A DNA stretch of 64,000 bases from positions 3,906,001 through 3,970,000 of the forward strand of contig CM120641.1 of NCBI GenBank assembly GCA_051362555.1, written 5' to 3'. The stretch is from Lingula anatina. Its lineage: Eukaryota; Animalia; Brachiopoda. Shown piece after piece: positions 25,898 to 40,000 of the stretch (position 1 is the stretch's first letter; each line of letters opens with the position of its first letter). Below the pieces are notes generated by a model. The model had not been told where the DNA came from and did no database searches. It saw only the letters and a list, made by a program, of their open reading frames with translations. The position numbers and the translations under genes were made by a program.

Positions 25898-28800
25898 TGT
25901 TAAATTTGGATTAAACATAAACTATGTCTTTTGTTTAGTTAAGACGTAAAAAACTTCTCGCTCATTTTGAGAAACTGCCCAAAAGTCAGTCACTTATTTT
26001 GCCCACGTGTGAGTTTGCGCTTGGCTTTAAAAGTTTTAAGGGCAACTCCATGGGGTTTACATGTACCTGGCAAAATGAATTTTCCCGAGAAAATAAGCAA
26101 TTTTCTTGTACTGCCGAATACCCCTCTCTTAACTTGGATTCGACCTTTTTAATTTAAAATGACTGGCCAGTACGCTTCAGAAAGAAATATCTAAGGGGGT
26201 TAAATAGTGTTAAAGATATAAGCTTTATAAGAAGCTGTGGATGGCAGAACTAAGAATTCGGGGGATTATCAAACCCATGGGATATACCTTTTACGTTATG
26301 TTAAGCCTAATGCTCGAGGTAACGAAACTGAGGGTCTGTGTAAAAAAGTTCGCCCTTCATTTAATTATAATGGTTACGATCAAAATCTAGGGCGAGGCTT
26401 ACCTGTATAAATGAATGGGAAGCGGCCTCTCTATGATGAGTTACTCTCTGTCACGTTACACCGGCGCAAACCCATATGTGTGTCTGTATGTGTTTGTGAG
26501 TGTTTGTCGAAGATTTATATGGAATGTGTGAAGTTTCGAAAGTGTCAATTGATACATTGTTTCAGAAAAGGTACACTATTAAATGCTTTTTCATATTGAT
26601 AAACCTTCAGGTGACTCACAAGTTAACGCTAATCGCGGCTATGATCCTGTCGGGTTTGGAGCATTAATTGATATGTCGCACAAAAAGGACTGGTGTGAAC
26701 CACAGACAGGCACAGTAAGTATCTGACCATCACTATTGGTATTACACTTACCACTGTCTTTTCTTAGCATTTAATGACAATGAAAAGTTAAAATTTCGTT
26801 TGCAAAATAGCCAGATACAATTTAAACCAACAAAAAGTACACACAATTATGTGAAGAAGTAAATCTAATAACGACGAGAGGGTTTGAAAAGTTTTTATAT
26901 AGAATATCCTTTTTTCATGTGCTTTATTGATTGGTAATTATTTAAAGAACTTTTCTGAATTTAACTGAACGCACTTTCGTTGAGCATCTATCACAGGTTT
27001 TAGTCTCTCAAAACCCTTAGTACGGTGGGTTTTCCTTTTATTTACTGAGACGGAAATAAAATTATTATTATTATTATTATTATTTCTTAGATAAGGCTCT
27101 TTCTCATGTCAGTTGTTTATTTTTAGGACAATCTTTTCTCAAAAGGGCCATGTGAACCCCCGCCAAGCATATTTTCTCTTGAATAATATATGGACTCCAA
27201 CATGGACATAATGAGAGTCTCTCATTATGTCCATGACTCCAATTTTACCCAAACTGTTATCATTAACTATCTATTATCCAATATTTTATTTTCTAAGATA
27301 TATTTCACTCTTACTACCTCTTTTATTTACTGGTACATAAGTGATAAAATGTATATTTGAAAGGTAATATTCTGAAGCAATTAACAGAATGTTAACTCTT
27401 GCATTTCCTTTTTCATCAATTTTTTATAAAACAAATGGTGCACAGGAATGTAATTCAGAAGAAAATATTATGAAAATAATTAGAAAAGCACCCAGAGAGC
27501 GCAAACCTCCGCCAAGACAAATCAATTCTCATTATCATTAATTAACATTAAAGATATATTACTAAAATACACATGTATAATGTATAGGAATAGGTTTGAG
27601 GCTAATTCGCATCAGATTGTCTTTGCTTATTCATACTAATGCTGTTTTAACCTACAGATGCTGCTCTTTTAACCTACAGATACTGTTTAATGAATAAAAT
27701 TAGGAGAAAAATACACTGTATATCTGCATTTCCACCTCACTGCCAAGTTATTTGATAGATGCATTATTGGCATATCGAATAATGAATACAGATCACCCTG
27801 TTATTGATTGTGCTGCAGTGGATGGACACACTATAATGGAATATATTTTTTTCAATTACGCACGTTGCATCAGTCTCGGCTGAGAATGATATATTCTTCA
27901 GAAGCCCGATGAGTGGATGTATTTGGCGTATGCGTGATAAGACGGATGGAGAAGATGGACGCAAAGAAGTTTTTTTACCGTAAAAAATGTATAAATGGTA
28001 GTCGAGTTCAACACCAAAAACGAATCATTTTATCCTCGTTTCATTTCTGACCTGTCCTAAACATTATATCTAAAGCCACCCATAACTTTTTGCATATTAT
28101 TGTTAAAAGAGAGACAAACAAACATTCTAACTAGGTAAAAAACAGACTAACGTCCTAATGGAACGAACGGTACCATTTGGACGGTGTTGAACTATAATTC
28201 AGCCATTCAAAATTCTTATTTCAAAAAGTGACTCAGGTTGGGATCAGGACCCCCTGACACCCCCCTAAATCCACCACTGTTGCATGTAAACATTTTTGAC
28301 TGTCTTTTATTAGTGGACTAAGTAGTAGTTAAAACAAAGGTCTTTGTTGTCAAACTTTATACTAGTATTTATATTGATTATATCTTTTCAGGCACAATGC
28401 TTTGTCTCAAAGTTCATGGAACAAGACCAGTGTTTTTCGCCTGTAGTTGGTGTCTTCAATGGTTATTACGACTTAAAGCTATTGATTGCCCCCCAAAATG
28501 AACCGAACGTTTCTAAGAATCATACCGACTGGACTGACTGTAAATCAATTGGGTACGATATATTTTCGATTAGATTTTACTTATCCATACGGGATGAATG
28601 GGAACTTTTGAAAGGGAAGATAACATGTACTGCCATCACAGTTGATGTGAACGACACGAGTGGCAAGACCTTCGCGCGAGCAGCATCTGTCTATAATATC
28701 CCAGTGGCTTTAAAAAGAAAAATCAACAGGTTCATTGATGGCATTCCTTTCTTTGAACATTTGCAAGGCGCGGTTGCCGAGTACCTACAATGGAATAGTA

Positions 28801-28991
28801 TTGTTATCCATAACGGGGTTGATTACAAAGTAAGCCTCATCCGGGAAGAGCCGAAACTTTGTGAAGACGTAGAACGTGAGACAAGGGTTAATACGGTACC
28901 GACACATTCCCTTGGAACTGACCAGCATGTCCCTCATTTTGTTGTATTACTGTGCTCCATTGGAGCTGGTATGTTTTCAATACTCAACTAG
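24504..28991 (+). CDS. Array copy 2: SMB-like Cys-rich predicted GPI-anchored protein, 654 aa
   Basis: Exons 24504-25764, 26611-26714, 28392-28991; TATATAAG about 105 nt upstream; GAG>TAG shortens the tail by 2 aa. Confidence 0.88.
27201..27235. mobile_element. 35-bp perfect palindrome with 7-bp target duplication; putative DNA-transposon footprint (also 35288-35322, 43379-43413; left arm deleted at 51507-51529)
   Basis: ACTCCAA|CATGGACATAATGAGAG-T-CTCTCATTATGTCCATG|ACTCCAA; empty site ggactccaatttt in copy 6 (~61273) and copy 1 (~19662). Confidence 0.8.
27483..28150 (+). mobile_element. Decayed interspersed repeat in intron 2, possibly a non-autonomous Helentron/HINE-like element (approximate ends; related pieces near 19880-20885, 31000-31375, 54780-55180)
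   Basis: Starts aaaagcacccagagagcgcaaacctccgccaag; related pieces end (caaa)n...acctacttg(t/g)cgg(a/g)ggtaa, an inverted match to CTCCGCCAAG that also forms a short hairpin. The family call comes from recalled structure only. Confidence 0.35.
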
Positions 28992-29165
28992 TTTAGAATC
29001 AAATCCTTATTCTATAATAATGCGTCAAAATGTAAATCCAAAAGTGGGACAATAAGCAGTACATTCCCAAGTGGAAGTATCCAGCAACACTCGAACGGCA
29101 CATGAGTAAGTCAGACGATAACAGACAGTTACAGACAGTAACAGTAAGAGAGAGGGAGAGAGCTC

Positions 29166-29361
29166 ATTTCCATAGATTTTTAGATCGATCTATCCCTGTG
29201 GGGAGTCTCACTTAAGCGTCTGTCCCGCCTACTAAAAGCTGTAAGGGGGTAATTAACTATGGTGCCCGCTCGGCTGACTGCAATTTAGCGTGAACCCCCA
29301 GGGAGTTAGGTCGATCTAAAACTTAATCTTTAGATCGATCTAAATCTCTGTGAAAGCACCC
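29166..29361. mobile_element. ~196-bp Harbinger-like MITE at a TTA site downstream of the stop of copy 2 (also 37253-37448, 45344-45539)
   Basis: Inverted repeats containing TTTAGATCGATCTA at both ends; right end ...GAAAGCACCC|TTA; absent from copies 1, 5 and 6 (ctctaatatacgcTTAgtcg); left end eroded. Confidence 0.75.
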
Positions 29362-29576
29362 TTAGTCGTTTACACCATCAAACGTTTTTAAGGTATGGAC
29401 GCTTATAGAAGTTTCTACTGATTCCCATGATCTAGAAGATTCTATAAACATCTTCAATACAATTGGCTAAATAAATTTCACCATATCGAATTCTAGACCG
29501 TTCTTGAAAATCTCTTTGATCATCACAACAGCCGCCCAAATGTACTTTCTGTTAACTAAAAAAAAAACATTCCCTA

Positions 29577-29790
29577 AAACTCATCACAAAAAAAAAAGAA
29601 AAAAAATGTCCCCTAAAACTCATGTCAAAAGCCAATTTTCTCAGTGAGGTATTTTTAGTTATAATTGATAGAAGTGCACTTTTAAACTCATCACAAAAAA
29701 AAAAGAAAAAAATATCCCCTAAAACTCATGTCAAAAGCCAATTTTCTCAGTGAGGTATTTTTAGTTATAATTGATAGAAGTGCACTTTTA
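29577..29790 (+). repeat. ~105-bp tandem duplication in each 8.09-kb unit
   Basis: aactcatcacaaaa...gatagaagtgcactttta occurs twice here but once in copy 1; it generates the spurious repeated ORFs at 37591 and 45682. Confidence 0.85.
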
Positions 29791-32586
29791 AAATGAAAAT
29801 AATTCCAACTCTGGCAATTACCAGTATGAAGCATTTAGTTTCAGTACTAGTTAAACCAGTAGTGATCAGAACTGGAGATCACATGATAGGGCCCAAACAA
29901 AAGGAAAAGAAATGGTGGATGATCTGAAATGACATGTGATATTTGAATTTGATTTGAATAAATGAATGAAGCCACAGGAAAAGTTTCATGTTGTATGATT
30001 AGCTCCTGCGAGAAAATTTTTTATCTTAGAAATTACTAAGGATGATTATACCACTTGCAGAGAGTCATGCCTCTGATTCGACAGTTATCATGAACAGAAG
30101 TCAGTTACAACTGCGTCTCGATAATTACACTCTTTTATATCGCATACATGGACAACTCATGTCGTAAATAGCACAAAATGGCCTCGTAAAGCTTCGCGTC
30201 GGGGCGCCGTCCTGTTCGAATAATTTGGTACCATTTTTAGAAGTCCCATCAGGATTTAATAACTTCCTGGACATATTATAGTTTCCTTCCGACCCCAGGC
30301 ATCAGTCAAACAGTCCCCGTTTGCACAAGGCGTGACGTGAATGACAAAAAGTCGCTTTAAGCACATACCTCACCACCCTACCTAGAGCATTGTATAGACA
30401 GAAGTGGACAATGCTGTAAGCTAAAAAGATCCTGTCGGATTTGCAGCATTAATTGATGTGTCGCACGAAAGGCACAGTAAGTATCTGGCAAAATTATTAT
30501 TAAAACCTCATGTGCAAGACTTAATACATTTGGAGAAACATCATTTTTACGCGGTCCAAGTTGGTTCTTTACGCATGTATCGGCGACAGACCGGAATGTG
30601 TGTGTGTGGGTGTGGTGGGGGTGTGGGGAGGTCTACCCACCTGTTTGTAAATTAGCCTTTCACCTTAACAGTGATCTCCGTAAATTGGTCACACTTGGTG
30701 GTAGTTGGTGGTGTAAATTTTACTCCTTCAACGACACATTTCGCATAACTTTTTATGCCCACACTAGCCAACAAGATGATGCTTTGCGTGATTCATCCCT
30801 AGGAAAACAGGTAAAGATACATCACGATGTTAGAAAACACTGTGCGTGTAAAACAAGGTGGCAGCTGTTATAACGTATCTTGGGGCAAGTCCTTTCTCGT
30901 CTTTGCAGTATAATTGACATGTAATAATGAGGAGTGTCACGCAATTACAGTTGTAGTATGTCATTTTATGTCGAACTAGAAAGTAACAATTTCTTATCAA
31001 TCATTTATTCATTGACTAATCACTGATGTATTCTAATAATTAATAAATTAAGCAAATAATTAATATTTAAAAAGCTAAATCAGTCATTTATTTACTTAGC
31101 AACTAATCACTATCAAAATCAAACCCACACTGACCTATCTTCAAAATTTCATTGAAATCCATCAAAACATTTTTGCATTATGTTACTAACAGATGAAGTT
31201 TTAAACAAAAACTTATTATTTAATTGATATTCACCGAAATGGTGCCATTTACTTGACCCTCCAGACATTTCCCGAAAATTTTCAGCAAAATCAATTTACA
31301 ACTTTTTGAAAAAAGTTCTTAACAGACAAACAAATAAACGGAACCAAAAACACTACCTACTTGTCGGAGGTAATAAGGCGCGACGCAGATGAATAATACT
31401 CTCTCTTTTAAGAAAGGTTATCAAAAGCATAATCATCTATGTTGTGTGCTTCGTTTTGTTTCAGTGGTACGCAAAGCTTCTGAACACGTGAATCCCGCAA
31501 GCACACACGCATTAATCATTTATGGGCATTTTATAAGTTGAAATTTAGAAACAAATTTAGAAACAGGCTCGAAATACGGACACCGTTGAATACTTTTAGG
31601 TTGGATAACGCCTTAATGCATGTACTACTTTCCAGATTAGTGGTCAAATAGTTACGTGTAAATCACTATGAGGAAATCCAACCCTGACAACAATGATCGG
31701 TTTAATTTCAATCATTTAATGTTCACTCGTTGCTTGCTCAGGTACATTCTAACGATATGTGGTGAATCACACTCTTAAGTAGCAAACCAAGACAATGGCT
31801 TCATGAACTTAACTTCTTAATCATAAGGAATTACGTAGTGCAACAAAACGTAAAGTTACTCAAATTGCCTGTGAATTATTAAATGTCTCCAACAAGTAGT
31901 GTATCCGTGGCAAATGGCCTTCACCGAGTCACCCACGTATCCAGTAGCTAACAACACCCTGTACTAGTCATTGAGGCGCGACGATAAATCTTGAGTCGGT
32001 TAGTTTGTAAAAATGATTGGGTTCACCGAAAAAGGTGAAGGAGTATTAAAAGATTTAAGGCATGTTTCTTACCATCCTGGCTGGGATGACATTTATAAAA
32101 AGAGTATCAATAAAGTCTTAATGTCTGTTCAAATATATCACATTAAATACAAATGTTGCTAATTAACATGGTCTGACACTAAATCAAAAGCTCCTTTGGA
32201 CGTGAAGAATTGGTGTAAATTATAAACCTCAGATATATAAATTAAAATAGAAATTACAAATTCCATAACCGTGCATGACAAGGTTTTGGTGTTTGTTACG
32301 ACGAAAAGGACATTTGAATGTTATTGAGTTTGGATGCATTCCAACATGACGAAGTTTGAAGCGTTGCTCGGTCACCTAGCGTAGGACTTAAGCAGTGAAA
32401 TGTGCATCACGCAAATACTGAAACATTGGCATTTGCCAATACGATGCCCATCACTCAAGCCGTCTATTTTTGTCTGCAGTATATAAGAGCCATTGCAATC
32501 AGCTACGGCTGTCATTTGATTTGCAGCTTACTGTCCACGAACTTCTTCTTTGTTAACAGAAGGTATCGGCTCAAGTCCTACACAAA

Positions 32587-33949
32587 ATGTCTGCGTTGCC
32601 TCTACTTTTCCTCTTGGTATTGGGATCAATCTGTTGTAGTCAACATCCCATACTGGATGTTCTTCAGAACGGCATATTTGCAGATACAATAATTTCATCC
32701 AACAGATTTTCACAAAATCGAGTGAGCTACAGTCCGACTTTGTCAACCCTCGGTGGAAGTATGAGTACAAAAGACCGTTTACGGGAAAATAACTCGCTCA
32801 AAAAACCAACTCAAACTATACCAAAACGTTCGTTTTCCAGACCACGTAGAAAGGCAATAGGAGTCGGATTAACAGCATTCAACAGTAGTGAATTTATGGA
32901 GCTAATGAATTTACAGCAAAACAACACAGAACCGAGTCTAATTCCAATTTCCGAAACATTTCAAGCCACGCCTAACACCAGCTCCTTGGACGATTCCTCC
33001 GAAATTAAGCCTTTTCCGTGGATTTGGAGTGGATCGCAGTTGGTATTGCCTGTGAATGAAAACTTTTGTTTTGCAAAGTACGGGTTGGTTTTACAGCAAC
33101 ACATAACGTGTTACTGTGACGCATTCTGTAATCTGTTTCACGATTGCTGTCTGCCGTATCTATCTTGCAACGAAATCCCCACTGCGACGACAACCACAGC
33201 ATTAAATATTACAGCAAACCAAGTTGAATGCAGATCCCAGGGTACGAAATTGAACCAGTTTAATAGGTCAGACTTTACCCGTAGAAATCCTGGTTACCGG
33301 TTTTTCTGGATGGTCTCATCTTGTTCGAGTAGAACACACAGCTCAACTCTCCGTCAAAAATGCGAGTTTTCAGGGTTCACAACTGACCTTGACCTTCTCA
33401 GTCCAGTTTCAGACCCAGCAACAAAACTAACTTTTAAAAACAAATTCTGTGCTAATTGTAATGATGTTTTTGACACTTCAGCATGGCAGACGATGTTCAA
33501 ATGTACATTTTCAACTAGCATCTACGAGTTAAGTGTCAACGTTACGTCATTACAAGATCTTGTTGAACGCATCGATAAAAATAGCGACTGCTCGCTTTAT
33601 TTTAAGCCACCGAAAGAAATTCCAGGAAGACCGTGTGCCCTTAATAGTTATGGCCACTACAATGGACTTCGTTGGTATCACACGTGTGGCCCAAAATACA
33701 GTTTCCTTCAGGAACGGTGTGCAAATGCTCCATTTTCACTTGTACAAGTTACAGCTGGCAGAGACCTAATTTATTGCAGGAACGTTTTCTGCTGGCTGTG
33801 TAGCCAACACCAGTTACCAGACAGGTTCACAGATTGTTCAGAATTGGGTAAGTCATTTTTCAATTAATTAATGATATTGGCTAGTGAAATGTATTTTAAA
33901 TCGCTCGACTTTCATTCCATTGAACATTTAGAGATTTTAATATTTTTAC

Positions 33950-33980
<31 letters not shown>

Positions 33981-36900
33981 TGTTAAATTTGGATTAAACA
34001 TAAACTATGTCTTTTGTTTAGTTAAGACGTAAAAAACTTCTCGCTCATTTTGAGAAACTGCCCAAAAGTCAGTCACTTATTTTGCCCACGTGTGAGTTTG
34101 CGCTTGGCTTTAAAAGTTTTAAGGGCAACTCCATGGGGTTTACATGTACCTGGCAAAATGAATTTTCCCGAGAAAATAAGCAATTTTCTTGTACTGCCGA
34201 ATACCCCTCTCTTAACTTGGATTCGACCTTTTTAATTTAAAATGACTGGCCAGTACGCTTCAGAAAGAAATATCTAAGGGGGTTAAATAGTGTTAAAGAT
34301 AAATGTTATAAGCTTTATAAGAAGCTGTGGATGGCAGAACTAAGAATTCGGGGGATTATCAAACCCATGGGATATACCTTTTACGTTATGTTAAGCCTAA
34401 TGCTCGAGGTAACGAAACTGAGGGTCTGTGTAAAAAAGTTCGCCCTTCATTTAATTATAATGGTTACGATCAAAATCTAGGGCGAGGCTTACCTGTATAA
34501 ATGAATGGGAAGCGGCCTCTCTATGATGAGTTACTCTCTGTCACGTTACACCGGCGCAAACCCATATGTGTGTCTGTATGTGTTTGTGAGTGTTTGTCGA
34601 AGATTTATATGGAATGTGTGAAGTTTCGAAAGTGTCAATTGATACATTGTTTCAGAAAAGGTACACTATTAAATGCTTTTTCATATTGATAAACCTTCAG
34701 GTGACTCACAAGTTAACGCTAATCGCGGCTATGATCCTGTCGGGTTTGGAGCATTAATTGATATGTCGCACAAAAAGGACTGGTGTGAACCACAGACAGG
34801 CACAGTAAGTATCTGACCATCACTATTGGTATTACACTTACCACTGTCTTTTCTTAGCATTTAATGACAATGAAAAGTTAAAATTTCGTTTGCAAAATAG
34901 CCAGATACAATTTAAACCAACAAAAAGTACACACAATTATGTGAAGAAGTAAATCTAATAACGACGAGAGGGTTTGAAAAGTTTTTATATAGAATATCCT
35001 TTTTTCATGTGCTTTATTGATTGGTAATTATTTAAAGAACTTTTCTGAATTTAACTGAACGCACTTTCGTTGAGCATCTATCACAGGTTTTAGTCTCTCA
35101 AAACCCTTAGTACGGTGGGTTTTCCTTTTATTTACTGAGACGGAAATAAAATTATTATTATTATTATTATTTCTTAGATAAGGCTCTTTCTCATGTCAGT
35201 TGTTTATTTTTAGGACAATCTTTTCTCAAAAGGGCCATGTGAACCCCCGCCAAGCATATTTTCTCTTGAATAATATATGGACTCCAACATGGACATAATG
35301 AGAGTCTCTCATTATGTCCATGACTCCAATTTTACCCAAACTGTTATCATTAACTATCTATTATCCAATATTTTATTTTCTAAGATATATTTCACTCTTA
35401 CTACCTCTTTTATTTACTGGTACATAAGTGATAAAATGTATATTTGAAAGGTAATATTCTGAAGCAATTAACAGAATGTTAACTCTTGCATTTCCTTTTT
35501 CATCAATTTTTTATAAAACAAATGGTGCACAGGAATGTAATTCAGAAGAAAATATTATGAAAATAATTAGAAAAGCACCCAGAGAGCGCAAACCTCCGCC
35601 AAGACAAATCAATTCTCATTATCATTAATTAACATTAAAGATATATTACTAAAATACACATGTATAATGTATAGGAATAGGTTTGAGGCTAATTCGCATC
35701 AGATTGTCTTTGCTTATTCATACTAATGCTGTTTTAACCTACAGATGCTGCTCTTTTAACCTACAGATACTGTTTAATGAATAAAATTAGGAGAAAAATA
35801 CACTGTATATCTGCATTTCCACCTCACTGCCAAGTTATTTGATAGATGCATTATTGGCATATCGAATAATGAATACAGATCACCCTGTTATTGATTGTGC
35901 TGCAGTGGATGGACACACTATAATGGAATATATTTTTTTCAATTACGCACGTTGCATCAGTCTCGGCTGAGAATGATATATTCTTCAGAAGCCCGATGAG
36001 TGGATGTATTTGGCGTATGCGTGATAAGACGGATGGAGAAGATGGACGCAAAGAAGTTTTTTTACCGTAAAAAATGTATAAATGGTAGTCGAGTTCAACA
36101 CCAAAAACGAATCATTTTATCCTCGTTTCATTTCTGACCTGTCCTAAACATTATATCTAAAGCCACCCATAACTTTTTGCATATTATTGTTAAAAGAGAG
36201 ACAAACAAACATTCTAACTAGGTAAAAAACAGACTAACGTCCTAATGGAACGAACGGTACCATTTGGACGGTGTTGAACTATAATTCAGCCATTCAAAAT
36301 TCTTATTTCAAAAAGTGACTCAGGTTGGGATCAGGACCCCCTGACACCCCCCTAAATCCACCACTGTTGCATGTAAACATTTTTGACTGTCTTTTATTAG
36401 TGGACTAAGTAGTAGTTAAAACAAAGGTCTTTGTTGTCAAACTTTATACTAGTATTTATATTGATTATATCTTTTCAGGCACAATGCTTTGTCTCAAAGT
36501 TCATGGAACAAGACCAGTGTTTTTCGCCTGTAGTTGGTGTCTTCAATGGTTATTACGACTTAAAGCTATTGATTGCCCCCCAAAATGAACCGAACGTTTC
36601 TAAGAATCATACCGACTGGACTGACTGTAAATCAATTGGGTACGATATATTTTCGATTAGATTTTACTTATCCATACGGGATGAATGGGAACTTTTGAAA
36701 GGGAAGATAACATGTACTGCCATCACAGTTGATGTGAACGACACGAGTGGCAAGACCTTCGCGCGAGCAGCATCTGTCTATAATATCCCAGTGGCTTTAA
36801 AAAGAAAAATCAACAGGTTCATTGATGGCATTCCTTTCTTTGAACATTTGCAAGGCGCGGTTGCCGAGTACCTACAATGGAATAGTATTGTTATCCATAA

Positions 36901-37078
36901 CGGGGTTGATTACAAAGTAAGCCTCATCCGGGAAGAGCCGAAACTTTGTGAAGACGTAGAACGTGAGACAAGGGTTAATACGGTACCGACACATTCCCTT
37001 GGAACTGACCAGCATGTCCCTCATTTTGTTGTATTACTGTGCTCCATTGGAGCTGGTATGTTTTCAATACTCAACTAG
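32587..37078 (+). CDS. Array copy 3 (chimeric), 654 aa
   Basis: Exons 32587-33847, 34701-34804, 36479-37078. Confidence 0.88.
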
Positions 37079-40000
37079 TTTAGAATCAAATCCTTATTCT
37101 ATAATAATGCGTCAAAATGTAAATCCAAAAGTGGGACAATAAGCAGTACATTCCCAAGTGGAAGTATCCAGCAACACTCGAACGGCACATGAGTAAGTCA
37201 GACGATAACAGACAGTTACAGACAGTAACAGTAAGAGAGAGGGAGAGAGCTCATTTCCATAGATTTTTAGATCGATCTATCCCTGTGGGGAGTCTCACTT
37301 AAGCGTCTGTCCCGCCTACTAAAAGCTGTAAGGGGGTAATTAACTATGGTGCCCGCTCGGCTGACTGCAATTTAGCGTGAACCCCCAGGGAGTTAGGTCG
37401 ATCTAAAACTTAATCTTTAGATCGATCTAAATCTCTGTGAAAGCACCCTTAGTCGTTTACACCATCAAACGTTTTTAAGGTATGGACGCTTATAGAAGTT
37501 TCTACTGATTCCCATGATCTAGAAGATTCTATAAACATCTTCAATACAATTGGCTAAATAAATTTCACCATATCGAATTCTAGACCGTTCTTGAAAATCT
37601 CTTTGATCATCACAACAGCCGCCCAAATGTACTTTCTGTTAACTAAAAAAAAAACATTCCCTAAAACTCATCACAAAAAAAAAAAAGAAAAAAAATGTCC
37701 CCTAAAACTCATGTCAAAAGCCAATTTTCTCAGTGAGGTATTTTTAGTTATAATTGATAGAAGTGCACTTTTAAACTCATCACAAAAAAAAAGAAAAAAA
37801 TATCCCCTAAAACTCATGTCAAAAGCCAATTTTCTCAGTGAGGTATTTTTAGTTATAATTGATAGAAGTGCACTTTTAAAATGAAAATAATTCCAACTCT
37901 GGCAATTACCAGTATGAAGCATTTAGTTTCAGTACTAGTTAAACCAGTAGTGATCAGAACTGGAGATCACATGATAGGGCCCAAACAAAAGGAAAAGAAA
38001 TGGTGGATGATCTGAAATGACATGTGATATTTGAATTTGATTTGAATAAATGAATGAAGCCACAGGAAAAGTTTCATGTTGTATGATTAGCTCCTGCGAG
38101 AAAATTTTTTATCTTAGAAATTACTAAGGATGATTATACCACTTGCAGAGAGTCATGCCTCTGATTCGACAGTTATCATGAACAGAAGTCAGTTACAACT
38201 GCGTCTCGATAATTACACTCTTTTATATCGCATACATGGACAACTCATGTCGTAAATAGCACAAAATGGCCTCGTAAAGCTTCGCGTCGGGGCGCCGTCC
38301 TGTTCGAATAATTTGGTACCATTTTTAGAAGTCCCATCAGGATTTAATAACTTCCTGGACATATTATAGTTTCCTTCCGACCCCAGGCATCAGTCAAACA
38401 GTCCCCGTTTGCACAAGGCGTGACGTGAATGACAAAAAGTCGCTTTAAGCACATACCTCACCACCCTACCTAGAGCATTGTATAGACAGAAGTGGACAAT
38501 GCTGTAAGCTAAAAAGATCCTGTCGGATTTGCAGCATTAATTGATGTGTCGCACGAAAGGCACAGTAAGTATCTGGCAAAATTATTATTAAAACCTCATG
38601 TGCAAGACTTAATACATTTGGAGAAACATCATTTTTACGCGGTCCAAGTTGGTTCTTTACGCATGTATCGGCGACAGACCGGAATGTGTGTGTGTGGGTG
38701 GGGTGGGGGTGTGGGGAGGTCTACCCACCTGTTTGTAAATTAGCCTTTCACCTTAACAGTGATCTCCGTAAATTGGTCACACTTGGTGGTAGTTGGTGGT
38801 GTAAATTTTACTCCTTCAACGACACATTTCGCATAACTTTTTATGCCCACACTAGCCAACAAGATGATGCTTTGCGTGATTCATCCCTAGGAAAACAGGT
38901 AAAGATACATCACGATGTTAGAAAACACTGTGCGTGTAAAACAAGGTGGCAGCTGTTATAACGTATCTTGGGGCAAGTCCTTTCTCGTCTTTGCAGTATA
39001 ATTGACATGTAATAATGAGGAGTGTCACGCAATTACAGTTGTAGTATGTCATTTTATGTCGAACTAGAAAGTAACAATTTCTTATCAATCATTTATTCAT
39101 TGACTAATCACTGATGTATTCTAATAATTAATAAATTAAGCAAATAATTAATATTTAAAAAGCTAAATCAGTCATTTATTTACTTAGCAACTAATCACTA
39201 TCAAAATCAAACCCACACTGACCTATCTTCAAAATTTCATTGAAATCCATCAAAACATTTTTGCATTATGTTACTAACAGATGAAGTTTTAAACAAAAAC
39301 TTATTATTTAATTGATATTCACCGAAATGGTGCCATTTACTTGACCCTCCAGACATTTCCCGAAAATTTTCAGCAAAATCAATTTACAACTTTTTGAAAA
39401 AAGTTCTTAACAGACAAACAAATAAACGGAACCAAAAACACTACCTACTTGTCGGAGGTAATAAGGCGCGACGCAGATGAATAATACTCTCTCTTTTAAG
39501 AAAGGTTATCAAAAGCATAATCATCTATGTTGTGTGCTTCGTTTTGTTTCAGTGGTACGCAAAGCTTCTGAACACGTGAATCCCGCAAGCACACACGCAT
39601 TAATCATTTATGGGCATTTTATAAGTTGAAATTTAGAAACAAATTTAGAAACAGGCTCGAAATACGGACACCGTTGAATACTTTTAGGTTGGATAACGCC
39701 TTAATGCATGTACTACTTTCCAGATTAGTGGTCAAATAGTTACGTGTAAATCACTATGAGGAAATCCAACCCTGACAACAATGATCGGTTTAATTTCAAT
39801 CATTTAATGTTCACTCGTTGCTTGCTCAGGTACATTCTAACGATATGTGGTGAATCACACTCTTAAGTAGCAAACCAAGACAATGGCTTCATGAACTTAA
39901 CTTCTTAATCATAAGGAATTACGTAGTGCAACAAAACGTAAAGTTACTCAAATTGCCTGTGAATTATTAAATGTCTCCAACAAGTAGTGTATCCGTGGCA

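Noticed and set aside
37591-37922. ORFs with internally repeated peptides (also 45682-46013)
   Set aside because: Translation of a 105-bp non-coding tandem duplication; the frame depends on poly-A length and is broken in the first unit.
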